Source: Verrucomicrobiota bacterium (lineage in GTDB: Bacteria; Verrucomicrobiota; Verrucomicrobiia; Limisphaerales; JADJPG01). From it: a stretch of DNA of 64,000 nt. The translations under genes were made by a program, and so were the position numbers. The notes under the pieces were generated by a model. It saw nothing but the letters and a program-made list of their open reading frames with translations. It was not told the DNA's origin and ran no database searches. This document shows, piece by piece, positions 9,001-17,700 of this stretch; position 1 is the stretch's first letter; the number at the start of each line of letters is the position of its first letter. Location of the stretch: NCBI GenBank assembly GCA_046048995.1, contig JBJOEZ010000016.1, positions 7,243-71,242 of the forward strand, in the 5' to 3' direction.

Positions 9001-11493
9001 AATGCCACCCTGCTGCCCGCCGACCGGGTTTCCCTCGGCGGGACCGGCGCGCAGCGCACCCTGTCCCTGAACCCGGTCGCCGAGCGGTCGGGGCAATCCC
9101 TGATCACGCTGACGGCCACGGACTCGGCCGGGGCCAGCACGGTTCACCGCCTGCTGGCGGTCGTCCGCCCGGTCAACGACCCGCCCACTCTGGCCACCCC
9201 GGCGGCGCTCACCCTCATGGCCGGTTCGGCGCCGCAACCGGTCGCCTTGTCCGGCATTGGCGACGGGGATCCCTTTGAATCACAATACCTCTCCATCACG
9301 GCCTCCTCCCTCAATCCGGCGGTGGTGCCCCACCCCTCGGTGGCCTACCAAAGCCCGAACGCCAGCGGGGAACTGACCCTGCTGGCCAAATCCCCCGGCA
9401 CCGCCGTCATCGAGGTGACGGTTGCCGACGGCGGCCGGACCAACGCCTTCACCTCGCGACAATTCGTCGTCACGGTGACGCCGCGGTTGGTCTTGGCCGA
9501 GATCCCCGATCAGTTCCTGACCGAGGATGCGATTTCCCTGCCCGTGTCCCTGGCAGCGTCGGGCGGCAGCGGGTCCCCCGACGATTGTGTTTTCTCGGTT
9601 GTGTCCTCCGACCCGACCCTGCTGCCTGCCTCCGGGCTGCTCCTCGCGGGGACTGGCGGCACCCGGACCCTCACCCTGCGGCCAGCCACCAATCAATTCG
9701 GGGCCTGCGTGGTCACGGTGACGGTGACCGACGCGCTGACCAACCACGCCGCCCGGTCCTTTGTGGTCACCGTGGCGCCCATCAACGATCCCCCTGAGTT
9801 GGCAACCCTCCCCGACCTCGCAGTCGGGGAGGACTCCGGCAATCACAGTGTCACCCTGGCGGGCCTCAGGACGGGCCCACCCAACGAAGGGGGACGGTTG
9901 TCCATCAATGCCACCACGGACCGCCCGGACCTGATCACCCATCCCTCGGTAAACCACCTGCCCCAGGCTCCCACCGGCACGCTGGCCTTTGCCTGCCTGC
10001 CCGATGCCACGGGCACCGCCGTGGTCAGCGTTGTCGTCTGGGATGGCGAAGCCATATCCGGCAGCATCACCCAGTCGTTCCGCGTCATCCTCGTGCCCGG
10101 CAACGACCCGCCGTCCTTTGCCCCCGTCCCGTCCCAGACCCTCTTCGAGGACGTCACTCTGCTGGTGCCGCTGCTGGTCCGCGACCCGGATGCCGAGTCG
10201 TCCCCGTTGGTGGTCAGCGCCACCTGTTCGGACCCCGGGTTGGTCCCGTCGGACGGCCTCGTCGTGTTCGGTGACGGCGAGGAGCGCAGCCTGCGCATCA
10301 CCCCCGCCACCAACCGGGCCGGGAATGCCGTCATCACACTGTCCGTGGCCGATGCCGCAGGGGCCACCAACAGCACCCACTTCAACATCCAGGTGGTGGC
10401 CCTGAACGACCCGCCCATCCTGCTCCTTGCGCCAACGGCCTCCAACATCCTCGGGGTCGTCTCCGAGGAACTGCCCCTGATCCTCATGGATCCGGAATCC
10501 CCACCCTCCGACCTGCAACTGAGGGCCACTTCCTCCAACCCCCTCCTGCTGCCGGACACCGCCATCACATTCGGGGGAACGGGCTCCAACCGCACCGTCC
10601 GCTTGTCCCCCCTGCCCCTGCAATCCGGCACCGCCACCATCACCTTCACCGCCAGGGACCCGTCCGGCGCCGAGACCACCACACGCCTCGTGTTCAGTGT
10701 CAATGCCCCGATCAGCCCTCCCTACATCTCCCCCATCCCGGACGTTGCCATGGAGGAAAACCAAGCCAGCCCCCCCGTGTCCTTCACCGTCTCGGATTCC
10801 GAGAGCGCCAGCGTCAACCTGGTCCTGTCCGCCGCCTCCTCCAATCCCTCCCTGCTCCCGGCCTCCCAGGTCATCCTCGGCGGCAGCAGCACCAACCGGA
10901 ACCTGCGCCTCATCCCCCTGCCCAACCGCTGGGGCGTCGCGCAGGTCACCGTGACCGTCACGGACGGCAGCGGGCTTTCCTCCAGCCGCACCTTCCAGGT
11001 CACGGTCGCGGAGATCCCGGACCCGCCAGTCATCGTGGTTCCTCCCAGGGGACTGAAAGTCCGGGCCGGAGCGTCAGCGGAACTCGAGGTGCTGGCCAGC
11101 GGGGGAGCCCCCCTCGGCTACCAATGGCTGCGGGAAGGCCTCCCGGTGCCCGGCGCGACCAACCGGATCCTCACCCTCGCCCCGGTCCAAACCGCCGATG
11201 CCGGCAATTACCGGGTGCGTGTGTCCAATCCGGTCGGGTCGGCCACCAGTCCTGCCGCGCTTCTGGAGGTGGATCCGCCCCTGGTCATTGCCACCGTGAC
11301 CCAGGCCAGTTCCTCCCTCCAAATCACCTTCCCCAGCCAGGCCCTTCGCCGCTACGTGGTCGAATATCGCCTCGAGGCCAACGCCGGGGCCTGGCAGACC
11401 CTCGCCACCCTCGACGGAACTGGCAATGTCGTGACCGTGGTGGACGCCAATCCAGCCGCCCCCCGCCGCTTCTATCGTGTCCGGGAGGATTGA
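1..11493 (+). CDS. Giant secreted/surface mosaic repeat protein; 5' end lies outside the window (at least 3830 aa in window)
   Basis: Frame 1 is open from nt 1 to the TGA at 11491-11493. The track ORF 76..11493 only begins at an internal GTG, and the codons before it (..LEIQASEYDPLPGNNAAVVIL) read like the end of a DUF11-type repeat. Strong G/C at codon position 3. Motifs: about 9 I-set-like Ig units (PLxYQW...GATN...AGxYxVxVxN); two DFGDAP...DGEVE(N/D)H GEVED-type domains; DUF11-type units (DLA[VI]..[IV]TNxGPS..NN); one P-domain-like segment (YPGDLDLLLVGPGGQS...DPNGAWALYAMDD); then about 20 modules of ~100 aa ending in PVNDPP; and a C-terminal tail ending RRFYRVRED. Confidence 0.85.
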   Translation, partial: AAGTLTNRLEIQASEYDPLPGNNAAVVILTVLDPPRILGQPLGVTVPQGTAAQWQVTASGAPPLHYQWFWQGMELAGATNAELVIPQAQFADQGEYKVRVSNQVGAILSEAARLTVLAPPSILVPPRSQTNLAGSTTTFTVLAEGSNPLLYQWRFNETTLLVDATNATLVLPATQPAQAGTYSVEVRNSIGTVTSTAAGLVVVPMDFGDAPDPPYPASLARDGARHRLQPGYHLGATATFEPDRSDPAEDDDGVQLLDPVRVAGVARLQVVASAAGYLDAWLDHDGNGTWDGMDERVFSSLPLAAGTNQAQFMVPAQARPGASQLLCRFSASGGLSPLGEAPDGEVENHPVEILPVIDLAVLTDPRPAPVGVGSNAWIAFGITNRGPSGAGGVTFSNALPPGWLWVGAESTQGSCTHADGTVTCLLGALPPGGLAELRFQVMPTAPGAWTPLAGVWSTEYESNPADNEAVLFLEAMLPPVILGGPANRTAVEGDLVTFQVEVSGTRLRHQWIRGQQAIPGATNASFTIPAASTADAGLYAVRVTNELGAALSPAAELVVLVPVRIVVPPRDATVLAGSAAQFSVEATGTDPLHYQWQHDGLDLPGATNATLVIPDVQAAQTGLYRARVGNLLGEVISAPARLSLLVPPFLDGPPVITNVFAGGPATLAAAVGGTPPFHLQWWREGMGPLPGATNDLLTIHPVGTPDAGIYGLVATNLGGSVSGVVATLTVVEADFGDAPEEWGYPTRRAFQGAWHRLVPGLRLGGLADYEPDGQPSAQANGDGGDEDGVRFPGVLRPGQMAEVEVSATAAGFIDAWIDFGADGSWMQTGDAILASVPVLAGVNRFPFAVPAWAAVTNTFGRFRFSQAGGLASDGPANDGEVEDHVVTVRPSIDLAITVTDTPDPSPAGSAVLYSIQVTNHGPSGASGVWLTNQWSGVPRILAVSTDRGACSTSAGQVLCALGAVPAGQVATVSVSVVFDRPGLFTLSASTGAAEADVSLENNRRVDSTVVMTPPFVHTNHQPIGIEDATAESPGKGMPYPSLITVSGLTGTVARVQVVLRGLTHAYPGDLDLLLVGPGGQSCLLMSDVGGAIPLNDVTLTLEDAAELPMPSSGQIVSRPYRPTNLGSGADAFPAPAPPAPWGQTLGVFSGKDPNGAWALYAMDDSPIDSGNLAGGWDLLLSLGSPMADLGVAWVPAAGPFRIDQSILRLAMVTNRGPASASGVVWTHRVPAGLRFVSATLPGGDCTHEDGLVQCRLPALAPMDGRLLSLTLQALVTGDFTNTAEAASDDADLRTGDNTATQIIQVLEAADLALTAAASTNRLVLGSVLTVQASVANLGPGPAAAVRLSAPLPPGVLLLSSTASQGSCQVSGTQVECDLGPLAPGASASVVWQWQPTQPAFLSSTLTATSQAIDPVPANNQATLEAEANVIADLAVSLEAPPGPIGATSNQVHFLTVSNQGPSLARAASASVQWSGTVAFAAVSPSRGTCAVTNGTLSCNLGDLPAGASAGIRVELAASSAGVLTAQAAARSMSFDFVAGDNIAQSGVAVLAPPVIVGQPASQRLFAGAPVALTVAATGHAPLRYQWLREGLPLPGETNATLLLSGFTPGQAGAYAVRVTNQVGTTLSATATLSLAQEPTLTGVADTLTPEDEPVTLAIAVADPDGPASALVLAAEVADTNLVPAAGLVFSGTGSERLLTLQPGTNQHGQTPITVTVTDEEGGRATRTFLFTVQPVNDPPTVDPLADLDVPVNAGLQLVALTGLSAGAPNEPGVITLSASSSSTGLVAQPTVQYAPGATEGWLSFVPSPGATGQVVLTVTANDGEATNNLFSRSFTVRLRPLNFSPLIQPLAQVFTAEDTPVLVPVSIVDLETPPEELTLTCSCANPELFPAASLRLEGTGQVRFLRVQPATNASGSASIALIVTDGGGLSYRRDFRLTVFPVNDPPYISGLTEVLLDEDAGSSARPFLALDPESGPSNVLVSVRSSNPDLLPESGIGLSGTGAERTLTLTPAPDRFGNCEVTLWTTDALGATASHTVPVRIRPVNDPPTLDPLPSLEVLESSGPRTVPLQGITSGSINEVQSLSLRASSSRPDLVPHPEIVSPVINGAASLSLQPVPGAHGSAEITVTADDGGGGVQTRARTFTVTVRPVDDPPTLGFLPDRSTFQGVPLACAFAVGDDLSPASALLVAASSSDPALIPASGLILGGTGSTRTLNVLPSTNRTGTAVVTVSVRDTNGLSASRTFRITVEPEDGAPRISPVPDQALAEDSTGLVIPFTVVDGETPAGELTVAVHSSNPDILPPDHLTFGGAGSNRTLRVVPVPDTTGATLLTVTVRDGRQQPARTSFLVTILPANDPPQVRVPAEVVMQADSVLGLPVAIDDPDTLPTELSISATSSNTNLVDAAGLQFTGTGRTRVLTLTPRPGRAGVAGISVLVEDGRGGVATASFTLRVDAGSPAAPWLVLEPLDQDAVPGDEVQLIAQATGPGPVFYQWLFEGQPLPGATNPVLRLPQVEPGQAGFYQVVVTNVAGAFSSRRALLRVVPPGPAPMLTGLAPQASVNEDTPLGLRFAIADRDTPLLQLVVNATSSNPAVVPAGGLVVDGSGFQRTLHIHPATNAVGTTLLTVTATDGLYSVTNTVLLTVHPVNDPPSLDPIADVLVDGSGNPPAQTITLSGIGPGPGNETGTVQVVVSSANPALVNSTSGTYAGAGSAGTITFDAVNRAAGTALIMVTVNDGAASNNISSRSFTAYYHLGQIPPTIGPIPSPTISEDSAAGPLGFTVGDATTPAASLTLQAFSSNPALIPPQRITFGGSGSNRTVTLLPEPDQSGTASVRVAVIDGGFAFAATTFNFVVTPVNDRPTLLAPGTQRLPWNGISGLIPVQVADKEATADRLTLTAFCSNTNLIPAAGLLVGGQGTNRALTLAPASNQLGTATITLRVEDPQGGVTSNSFLVEVSATNLPPTLNAPSYVQLEEDTPSTLVTILLADDSTIPEGLALSVVSSNATLLPADRVSLGGTGAQRTLSLNPVAERSGQSLITLTATDSAGASTVHRLLAVVRPVNDPPTLATPAALTLMAGSAPQPVALSGIGDGDPFESQYLSITASSLNPAVVPHPSVAYQSPNASGELTLLAKSPGTAVIEVTVADGGRTNAFTSRQFVVTVTPRLVLAEIPDQFLTEDAISLPVSLAASGGSGSPDDCVFSVVSSDPTLLPASGLLLAGTGGTRTLTLRPATNQFGACVVTVTVTDALTNHAARSFVVTVAPINDPPELATLPDLAVGEDSGNHSVTLAGLRTGPPNEGGRLSINATTDRPDLITHPSVNHLPQAPTGTLAFACLPDATGTAVVSVVVWDGEAISGSITQSFRVILVPGNDPPSFAPVPSQTLFEDVTLLVPLLVRDPDAESSPLVVSATCSDPGLVPSDGLVVFGDGEERSLRITPATNRAGNAVITLSVADAAGATNSTHFNIQVVALNDPPILLLAPTASNILGVVSEELPLILMDPESPPSDLQLRATSSNPLLLPDTAITFGGTGSNRTVRLSPLPLQSGTATITFTARDPSGAETTTRLVFSVNAPISPPYISPIPDVAMEENQASPPVSFTVSDSESASVNLVLSAASSNPSLLPASQVILGGSSTNRNLRLIPLPNRWGVAQVTVTVTDGSGLSSSRTFQVTVAEIPDPPVIVVPPRGLKVRAGASAELEVLASGGAPLGYQWLREGLPVPGATNRILTLAPVQTADAGNYRVRVSNPVGSATSPAALLEVDPPLVIATVTQASSSLQITFPSQALRRYVVEYRLEANAGAWQTLATLDGTGNVVTVVDANPAAPRRFYRVRED
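4909..11028 (+). repeat. In-frame array of ~300-nt (about 100-aa) cadherin-like modules inside giant gene 1 (approximate bounds)
   Basis: Recurrent module boundary P-[VI]-N-D-P-P (variants PVDDPP, PANDPP, PGNDPP, ALNDPP). Two flavours occur. A has ..ED..F.V.D.ETP...L....SSNP.L.P...L..GG.GS.RTL.L.P. B has ..L.G[IL]..G..NE......SS.P.L.P.P.V.Y. One Ig-like unit interrupts the array near 7370-7620. Confidence 0.7.
11269..11490 (+). other. C-terminal 'FYR' tail module of giant protein 1
   Basis: ..LVIATVTQASSSLQITFPSQALRRYVVEYRLEANAGAWQTLATLDGTGNVVTVVDANPAAPRRFYRVRED-stop. It shares strand/Y-x-V-E/W/F-Y-R landmarks with the tails at 24305-24509, 37393-37563 and 51572-51742. Confidence 0.5.
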
Positions 11494-11593
11494 CCCGGGC
11501 CACTTTTCGCCTGGTGGCAGTGGGCATTTTTTGAACCAGTCCGGCCCGCTTCTGTCATACCCAGGGTTCCCACGCCCCGCGGCAGCAGCTTCA

Positions 11594-11618
11594 AAAGGCA
11601 CGCAGTCCGGGTGCTTTT
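11594..11618 (+). terminator. Candidate intrinsic terminator hairpin between the two giant genes
   Basis: AAAGGCAC-gcagtccgg-GTGCTTTT: an 8-bp stem (one G.U pair) with a 9-nt loop, flanked by A and T runs, about 100 nt after the stop of gene 1. The stem is short and weak. A second G/C-rich segment followed by ATTTTTT lies at 11499-11532. Confidence 0.3.
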
Positions 11619-11714
11619 ATGCCGATATATGACAGGTCAACGGGCGGGTGCCCCGGGGCTGGCAAAAAAAGGCTTCCCCCTCCCTCCCGTCCTGCCTGCA
11701 ATCAACGTCAGGAC

Positions 11715-14700
11715 ATGTCGCGTCGCGTTTTCTCCCTTGAACCGGGGCCAGGAAGGCCCGCCTCGCTGCTGCCCGTCCGTCGATTGTTCCATGGGCTGCT
11801 TTGGGCGTGCCTCCTTGGGGCAACGCCGCTGCGGGCGGCCGAGGGTTTCCCCGCCACCCCCGGGGTGCCCGGCCAGGCCACCCGCAAGCCCGATGTGACG
11901 GTCAACACGCTGCCGCCCCTGGGGCCCGGAACCCCTGCCACCTCGGCCCGCAGCAAACCCAGGCTCCGCCGCGAACGGGATCCGCGCAGCCTCCCCCCCG
12001 TGTCACCCTCCCTCCAGGGCGATGGCCCCTCCACGCGGCCCATCTACTCGGACGCCAGCCCAAGCTCCGGCGACGCCTTGTCCCCGGCCGGGTTCTTCCC
12101 TGCGGATTCCCCCCCTTCCCCGCCCCCCTCGGCCAGCTTCCAGGCGGTCATGGATGACGGAACCACCTACAACCCGGACACCAGCGGCGCCGTCGGCACG
12201 AACCACCTCATGACCGTCGTGGCCAGCGCCGTCCAGATTCTCAATCGCGCGGGCACCCAACTGTCCCTGGTCAGCCTCGCCAGTTTCTGGAGCAACCTCG
12301 GCACCAATGGCAACCCGGTGGTCTACGACCCGCGGGTGCTCTACGACCCTGCCGCCCAGCGATGGGTTCTGGCCGGCACCGCCAACCCGGGGTTGACCAA
12401 TCCAGGCCTGCTCGTCGCGGTCTCCCAGTCCAGCGATCCCACCGCCGGTTGGCACCGCTACTTTCTCCCCACCGACCTCCAGACGGATGTCTTCCCGGAC
12501 TCCCCCAACCTCGGGCTCAGCCGCGATTCCGTCATCATTTCCGCCAACATGTTCGACAGCACGAACTACTTCCACGCCAGTGCTGACGTCTTCGTCCTCA
12601 ACAAGGCCGCCCTCTACGCGGGCACCTCAACCCCGCCGCTGCTCCGCTTCTCCCGCAACGACATCGGCCCACCCGTCAACATTCCCGTGCCCGCCGTGGC
12701 CCTCGACGGGCCGGCCGCCACCAATTATCTCGTCGGCAATTGGAACGGCGACACCACCAACGGCGGCTACCTCGCCGTCTACACACTCTCCACCAACGCC
12801 AACAACGTCCTTGAACTGAACCTCAACTCGTTCAGCCGGGAACTGCCCGTGGGCACCCCGCGCTGGGACAGCTACGGACTCAACGACGACAATTTCGCCC
12901 CCCAGGCCGGCACCACCAACCGGATCTACCTCGGCGATTCCCGCATCGGCAACGTGGTCTACCGCGTCTCCCCCGACGCCAACACCCTGTTCCTCGCCCA
13001 GACCGTGTTCGTCCCGCCCGGCGGCCAACCCACCCGCGCCGCCGTGCAGTGGTGGGAAATCACCCTCAACGGCGTCGTCATCCAGCGCGGGCGCATCGAG
13101 GACACCGCCACCGGCCGGCACTTCGCCTACCCCAGCATCGCCGTGAACCGGCGCAACGACGTCCTCATCGGCTACTCCCGCTTCGGCCCCACCCAGTTCC
13201 CCGGCGCCAACTATTCCTTCCGCATCGATGCCGACCTCTTCAGTTCCCTGCGCGGTGACTCCGTCCTCAAGGCCGGGGAGGCCAAGTTCCACGCCCCGGA
13301 CGACTTCGGCCTGACCCGCTGGGGCGACTGGAGCGCGGCGGTGGTCGACCCCAACGACGACACCGACCTCTGGACCCTCCAGGAATACGCCTCCAGTCCC
13401 GTCAACGCCATCGACCGCTGGGGCACCTGGTGGGGCCGCGTCTCGCCGCCCAGCGACCTTTCCGTCCTCGCCTCCGACACTCCCGATCCGGCCGTGGCCG
13501 GCACCGACGTCACCTACGCCGCCACCGTCATCACCACCAACAACAAGATCCAGCGCGTCACCGGTGTCCGCCTGCAGGCCACCCTTCCCCCCACGGCCAC
13601 CCTGCTGTCCGTCACCCCCTCCCAGGGATCCTGCGGCACCACCAACGGCATCGTGACCTGCGACTTCGGCACCGTCGGGGACCAGGGACGCGCCACGGTC
13701 AGCCTGCTCGTCCGCTACCTGACCAACGGCTCGCCCTCGTTGTCCTTCAGCGCCTCCGCCAACGGCCCCGAGTTGACCCCACTCAACAACTCCGCCTCCG
13801 TCACCACCACCGTCCTTCCCGCCGCCGACCTCGCCGTGTCCGCCACCGTCGCCCCCGACCCCGTCACGGTCAGCAACCAGGTCGCCTACACCCTGGCCGT
13901 CACCAACCGCGGCCCCAATTCCGCCACCAGCCTGCAATTGACCAACACTCTCCCCCCCAACACCGCCTTTGTGGCCGCCTCGCCCAGCCAGGGCACCTGC
14001 TCCCACAACGCCGGCGTCGTCACCTGCAACCTCGGCACGCTTCCGCCCCTCGGCGTCGCCACCATCCAAATCACCGCCCGCCCCAACGCCCCCGGGAACC
14101 TCACCAACCGCACCGTGGCCGCCTCGGCCTCGGTGGACACCCTCCCCGCCAACAACACCGCCATCGTCAGCCTGCTCGCCAATGCCGCCCCCACCCTGGG
14201 CTTCATCTCCGACCGCACCATCAGTGAGGACACCTCCCTCGGCCCGGTCAATTTCTCCGTCGGCGACTTTGAGACGCCGGCCGGCAGCCTCGTCCTGTCG
14301 GGTATCTCCTCCAACCCGTCCATCGTGCCCCACGCGAACATCCTGTTCGGCGGCAGTGGGTCCAACCGCAACGTCACCGTGACGCCCCTCGCCAACGCCA
14401 ATGGCACGGTCGCCATCACGCGCATCGTCACCGACCCCCTCGGGGCCTCGGCCACCAACTCCTTCCTGCTCACCATCCTCCCCGTCAATGACCCGCCCAG
14501 CCTCAGCGCCGTCGCCCCAATCACCATGGCCGAGGACACCACCACCAACGTCAGCTTCTCCGTCAACGACAGCGAAACCCCCGCCGCCGTGCTGGCCGTC
14601 TCCGGGGCGTCCTCCAATCCCTCCCTCATCCCCAATGCCAGCCTGGTGTTTGGCGGCGTCGGCGCCTCCCGCACGCTCACCCTCACTCCCGCCCCCAACC

Positions 14701-17700
14701 AGCACGGCACCGCCACCATTTCCCTCACCGTCAGCGATGGAACCAACACTGCCAGCATCAACTTCCTCGTCACCGTCCTGGACGCCAACGACCCGCCCAG
14801 CGTCAGCGGCCTCACCAGCCGCAGCGTGCCGGAGGACGGCTCCACCGGCCCCATTCCCTTCACCGTGGGTGACATCGAGACTCCCGCCACATCCCTGAGC
14901 GTCACCGGCTTTTCGGCCAACCCGACCCTCGTGCCCGGCGCCAGCCTCGTGTTCGGCGGGAGCGGAGCCAACCGCACGCTCACCGTCACCCCGGCCACCA
15001 ACCAGTTCGGCACGGCCACGATTCTGGTCGTCGTCACCGACACCAACAGCGCCAGCGCCACCAATGCGTTCGACCTCTCCATCACGCCGGTCAATGACCC
15101 ACCCACCCTCACCCAACCGGGCGATCGCTCGGTCAACGAGGATGCCGGCCCGGTCTCCGTCGCTCTCCTCGGAATCACCCCCGGCGCCACCAATGAGATC
15201 CAAGCGGTCTTCCTCACCGCCTCCTCCAGCAATCCCAGCCTAATCCCCGCGCCCACCGTCTCCTACAGCGGGGGGCCCACCGGCCTGCTCACCCTCACCC
15301 CCGCCCCCAATGCCAGCGGCACCGCCGTCCTCACCGTGACCGCCATCGATGACGGTTCCTCCAACAACGTGACCACGCGAGCTTTCACCGTCACGGTCCT
15401 CCCGATCAACGATCCCCCGGTCGTTGCCGGCTTGCTCGACCGTCTCACGGACGAGGATGCCACCGCAGGTCCCTACGCCTTCACCGTGGGCGACCTGGAG
15501 TCGGCCTCCACCGCCCTCACCCTCACCGCCTCCTCCTCGGACGCCTCCCTCGTCCCGCCTGCCAACATCACCTTCAGCGGCACCGGCTCCAACCGCTTCC
15601 TCACCATCGTGCCCGCCGCCAACGCCACCGGCTCCTGCCGCATCTTCATCACGGTGAATGATGGGCAGGGCACCACCACCGATTCCTTCCTCCTCACCGT
15701 CCGCCCGGTCAACGACCCGCCCGCGCTGGCGCCGCTGCCGTCCCGGACGTTCGACGAGGACACCACCACCAATGTCACCGTGGCGCTCACCGACCCGGAG
15801 TCCCCGGCCTCCGCCCTTACCCTGGCCGCCTCCTCCTCCAATCCCTCCCTGCTCCCGCCCTCCGGCCTCCAGTTCGCCGGGGCCGGCTCCCCGCGAACCC
15901 TCACCCTCGTCCCCGCCGCCGACCAGTTCGGTTCCGCCGTTGTCACCGTCATTGCCACCGACCCCGAGGGCGGCACCAACGCCACCAGCTTTGCCGTCAC
16001 GGTCCTGCCCGTGAACGACCCCCCCACCCTCGGCCCCATCCCCAATGTGACGACCAACGAGGATGCCGGGCCGCAGGTGATCCTCCTGTCCGGGGTGGGC
16101 CCCGGCGCCGCCAACGAGAGCCAGGTCCTGACCTTCACCGTCGCCTCCGGTAATCCCGCCCTCATCCCCAACCCCACCGTCAGCTACACCAACGGCGCCA
16201 CCACCGCGCTCCTGCGCTTCACCCCCGCTCCCAACGCCCACGGGGAAACCACCCTCACGCTCACGCTTGATGATGGGGCCAGCAGCAATCGCACCGTGTC
16301 GCAGTCCCTCACCGTGCGCATTCTCCCGGTCAACGACCTGCCCATCCTCGCCGTGCCCGGCCCGCAGACCATGGCCGAGGACACCACCCGTGACCTGGCG
16401 TTGTCCGTCAGCGATGTGGAAAGCGGCGCTGCCGTCACCCTCTCCGTGCTCTCCTCCAATCCCGAGTTGTTCAGCGAGGCGGGCCTGCTGCTGTCGGGCA
16501 GCGGCACCAACCGCACCCTCAGCCTGCGCCCGCTCACCAACGCCTTCGGTTCGGCCGAGATCCTCGTCACCGCCACCGACGCCGATGGCGGCACCACCAA
16601 TGCCGCCTTTGAGGTGACGGTCAACCCCGTGAATGACTCCCCCTCCCTCTCGCCCATCAGCGCCCTGGTCATCAACGAGGACACCCTCAGCCCCGCCCTC
16701 GCCTTCACCATCCAGGACGCGGAGACGCCGGCCACCGCCCTGCAGGTCAGCGCCAGTTCCTCCAACCCCACGCTGATCCCCCAGGCCGGCCTCACGCTCT
16801 CCGGGGCCGGCGCCAACCGCTCGCTTCGCGTCCTTCCGGCCACCAACCAGTTCGGCACGGCCTCGATCACGGTTCAGGTCAGCGACGGCGCCCTCACCGC
16901 CACCAACATCTTCCTGGTCACGGTGCAACCCGTGGATGACCCGCCCACCCTCTCGAGCCTGTCCGACCTGGCCGTGGATGAGGACTCGCCGGCCGGCCCC
17001 TTGGCGGTGACCCTCGGGGATGTCGAGACGCCTGCCAGCGCGCTCCTGCTGACCGTCACTTCCTCCGACCAGGCCCTCCTGCCCGATGCGCGCATCACCG
17101 TCGCCGGCACCGGCGCAACCCGCCAACTCACGCTCCTGCCCGCCACCAACGCCCACGGTTCCTCCCTCATCACCGTCAGCGTCAGCGACGGACAAGCCAC
17201 CACCGCCAACTCCTTCCTCCTCACCGTCCGCCCGGTCAACGACCCGCCCGCGCTGGCAGTCCCCCCCTCGCTCCAACTCGATGAGGATGGGCCCGGTCTG
17301 GTCTTGCTGGACATCGGGGACGTGGAATCCGGCCCGGATAACCTGACCCTGCAGGTCATCTCCTCCAATCCCGTGCTCGTGCCGCCCAGCGGACTCGCCC
17401 TCGCCGGCACGGGGTCGGCACGGACACTGACGGTCACCCCTGCCGCCAACCAGTCCGGCACCGCGGAACTCCGCGTGTTCCTTGCGGATCCGGATGGGGC
17501 GACCAACGCCGGCAGCATCCTGCTCACCGTCAACGCCGTGAACGACGCCCCCACGTTGGATGCCCTCGCCAACCTGGGCCTGCAGGAGGATGCGGGACCC
17601 CAGTCGGTGACCCTCTCCGGCATCTCCCCGGGGGCGCCCAATGAGGCCCAGTCGCTCACCCTGACCGCCCAGTCCAGCAATCCGGCGCTCATCCCCACCC

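Noticed and set aside
11619-11714. Upstream 32 codons of the giant gene 2 ORF (MPIYDRSTGGCPGAGKKRLPPPSRPACNQRQD)
   Set aside because: This stretch has no signal-peptide character and lies in the AT-richer spacer. The ATG at 11715 gives a basic N-region plus a hydrophobic core and an AxA-like site. The true start remains unverified.
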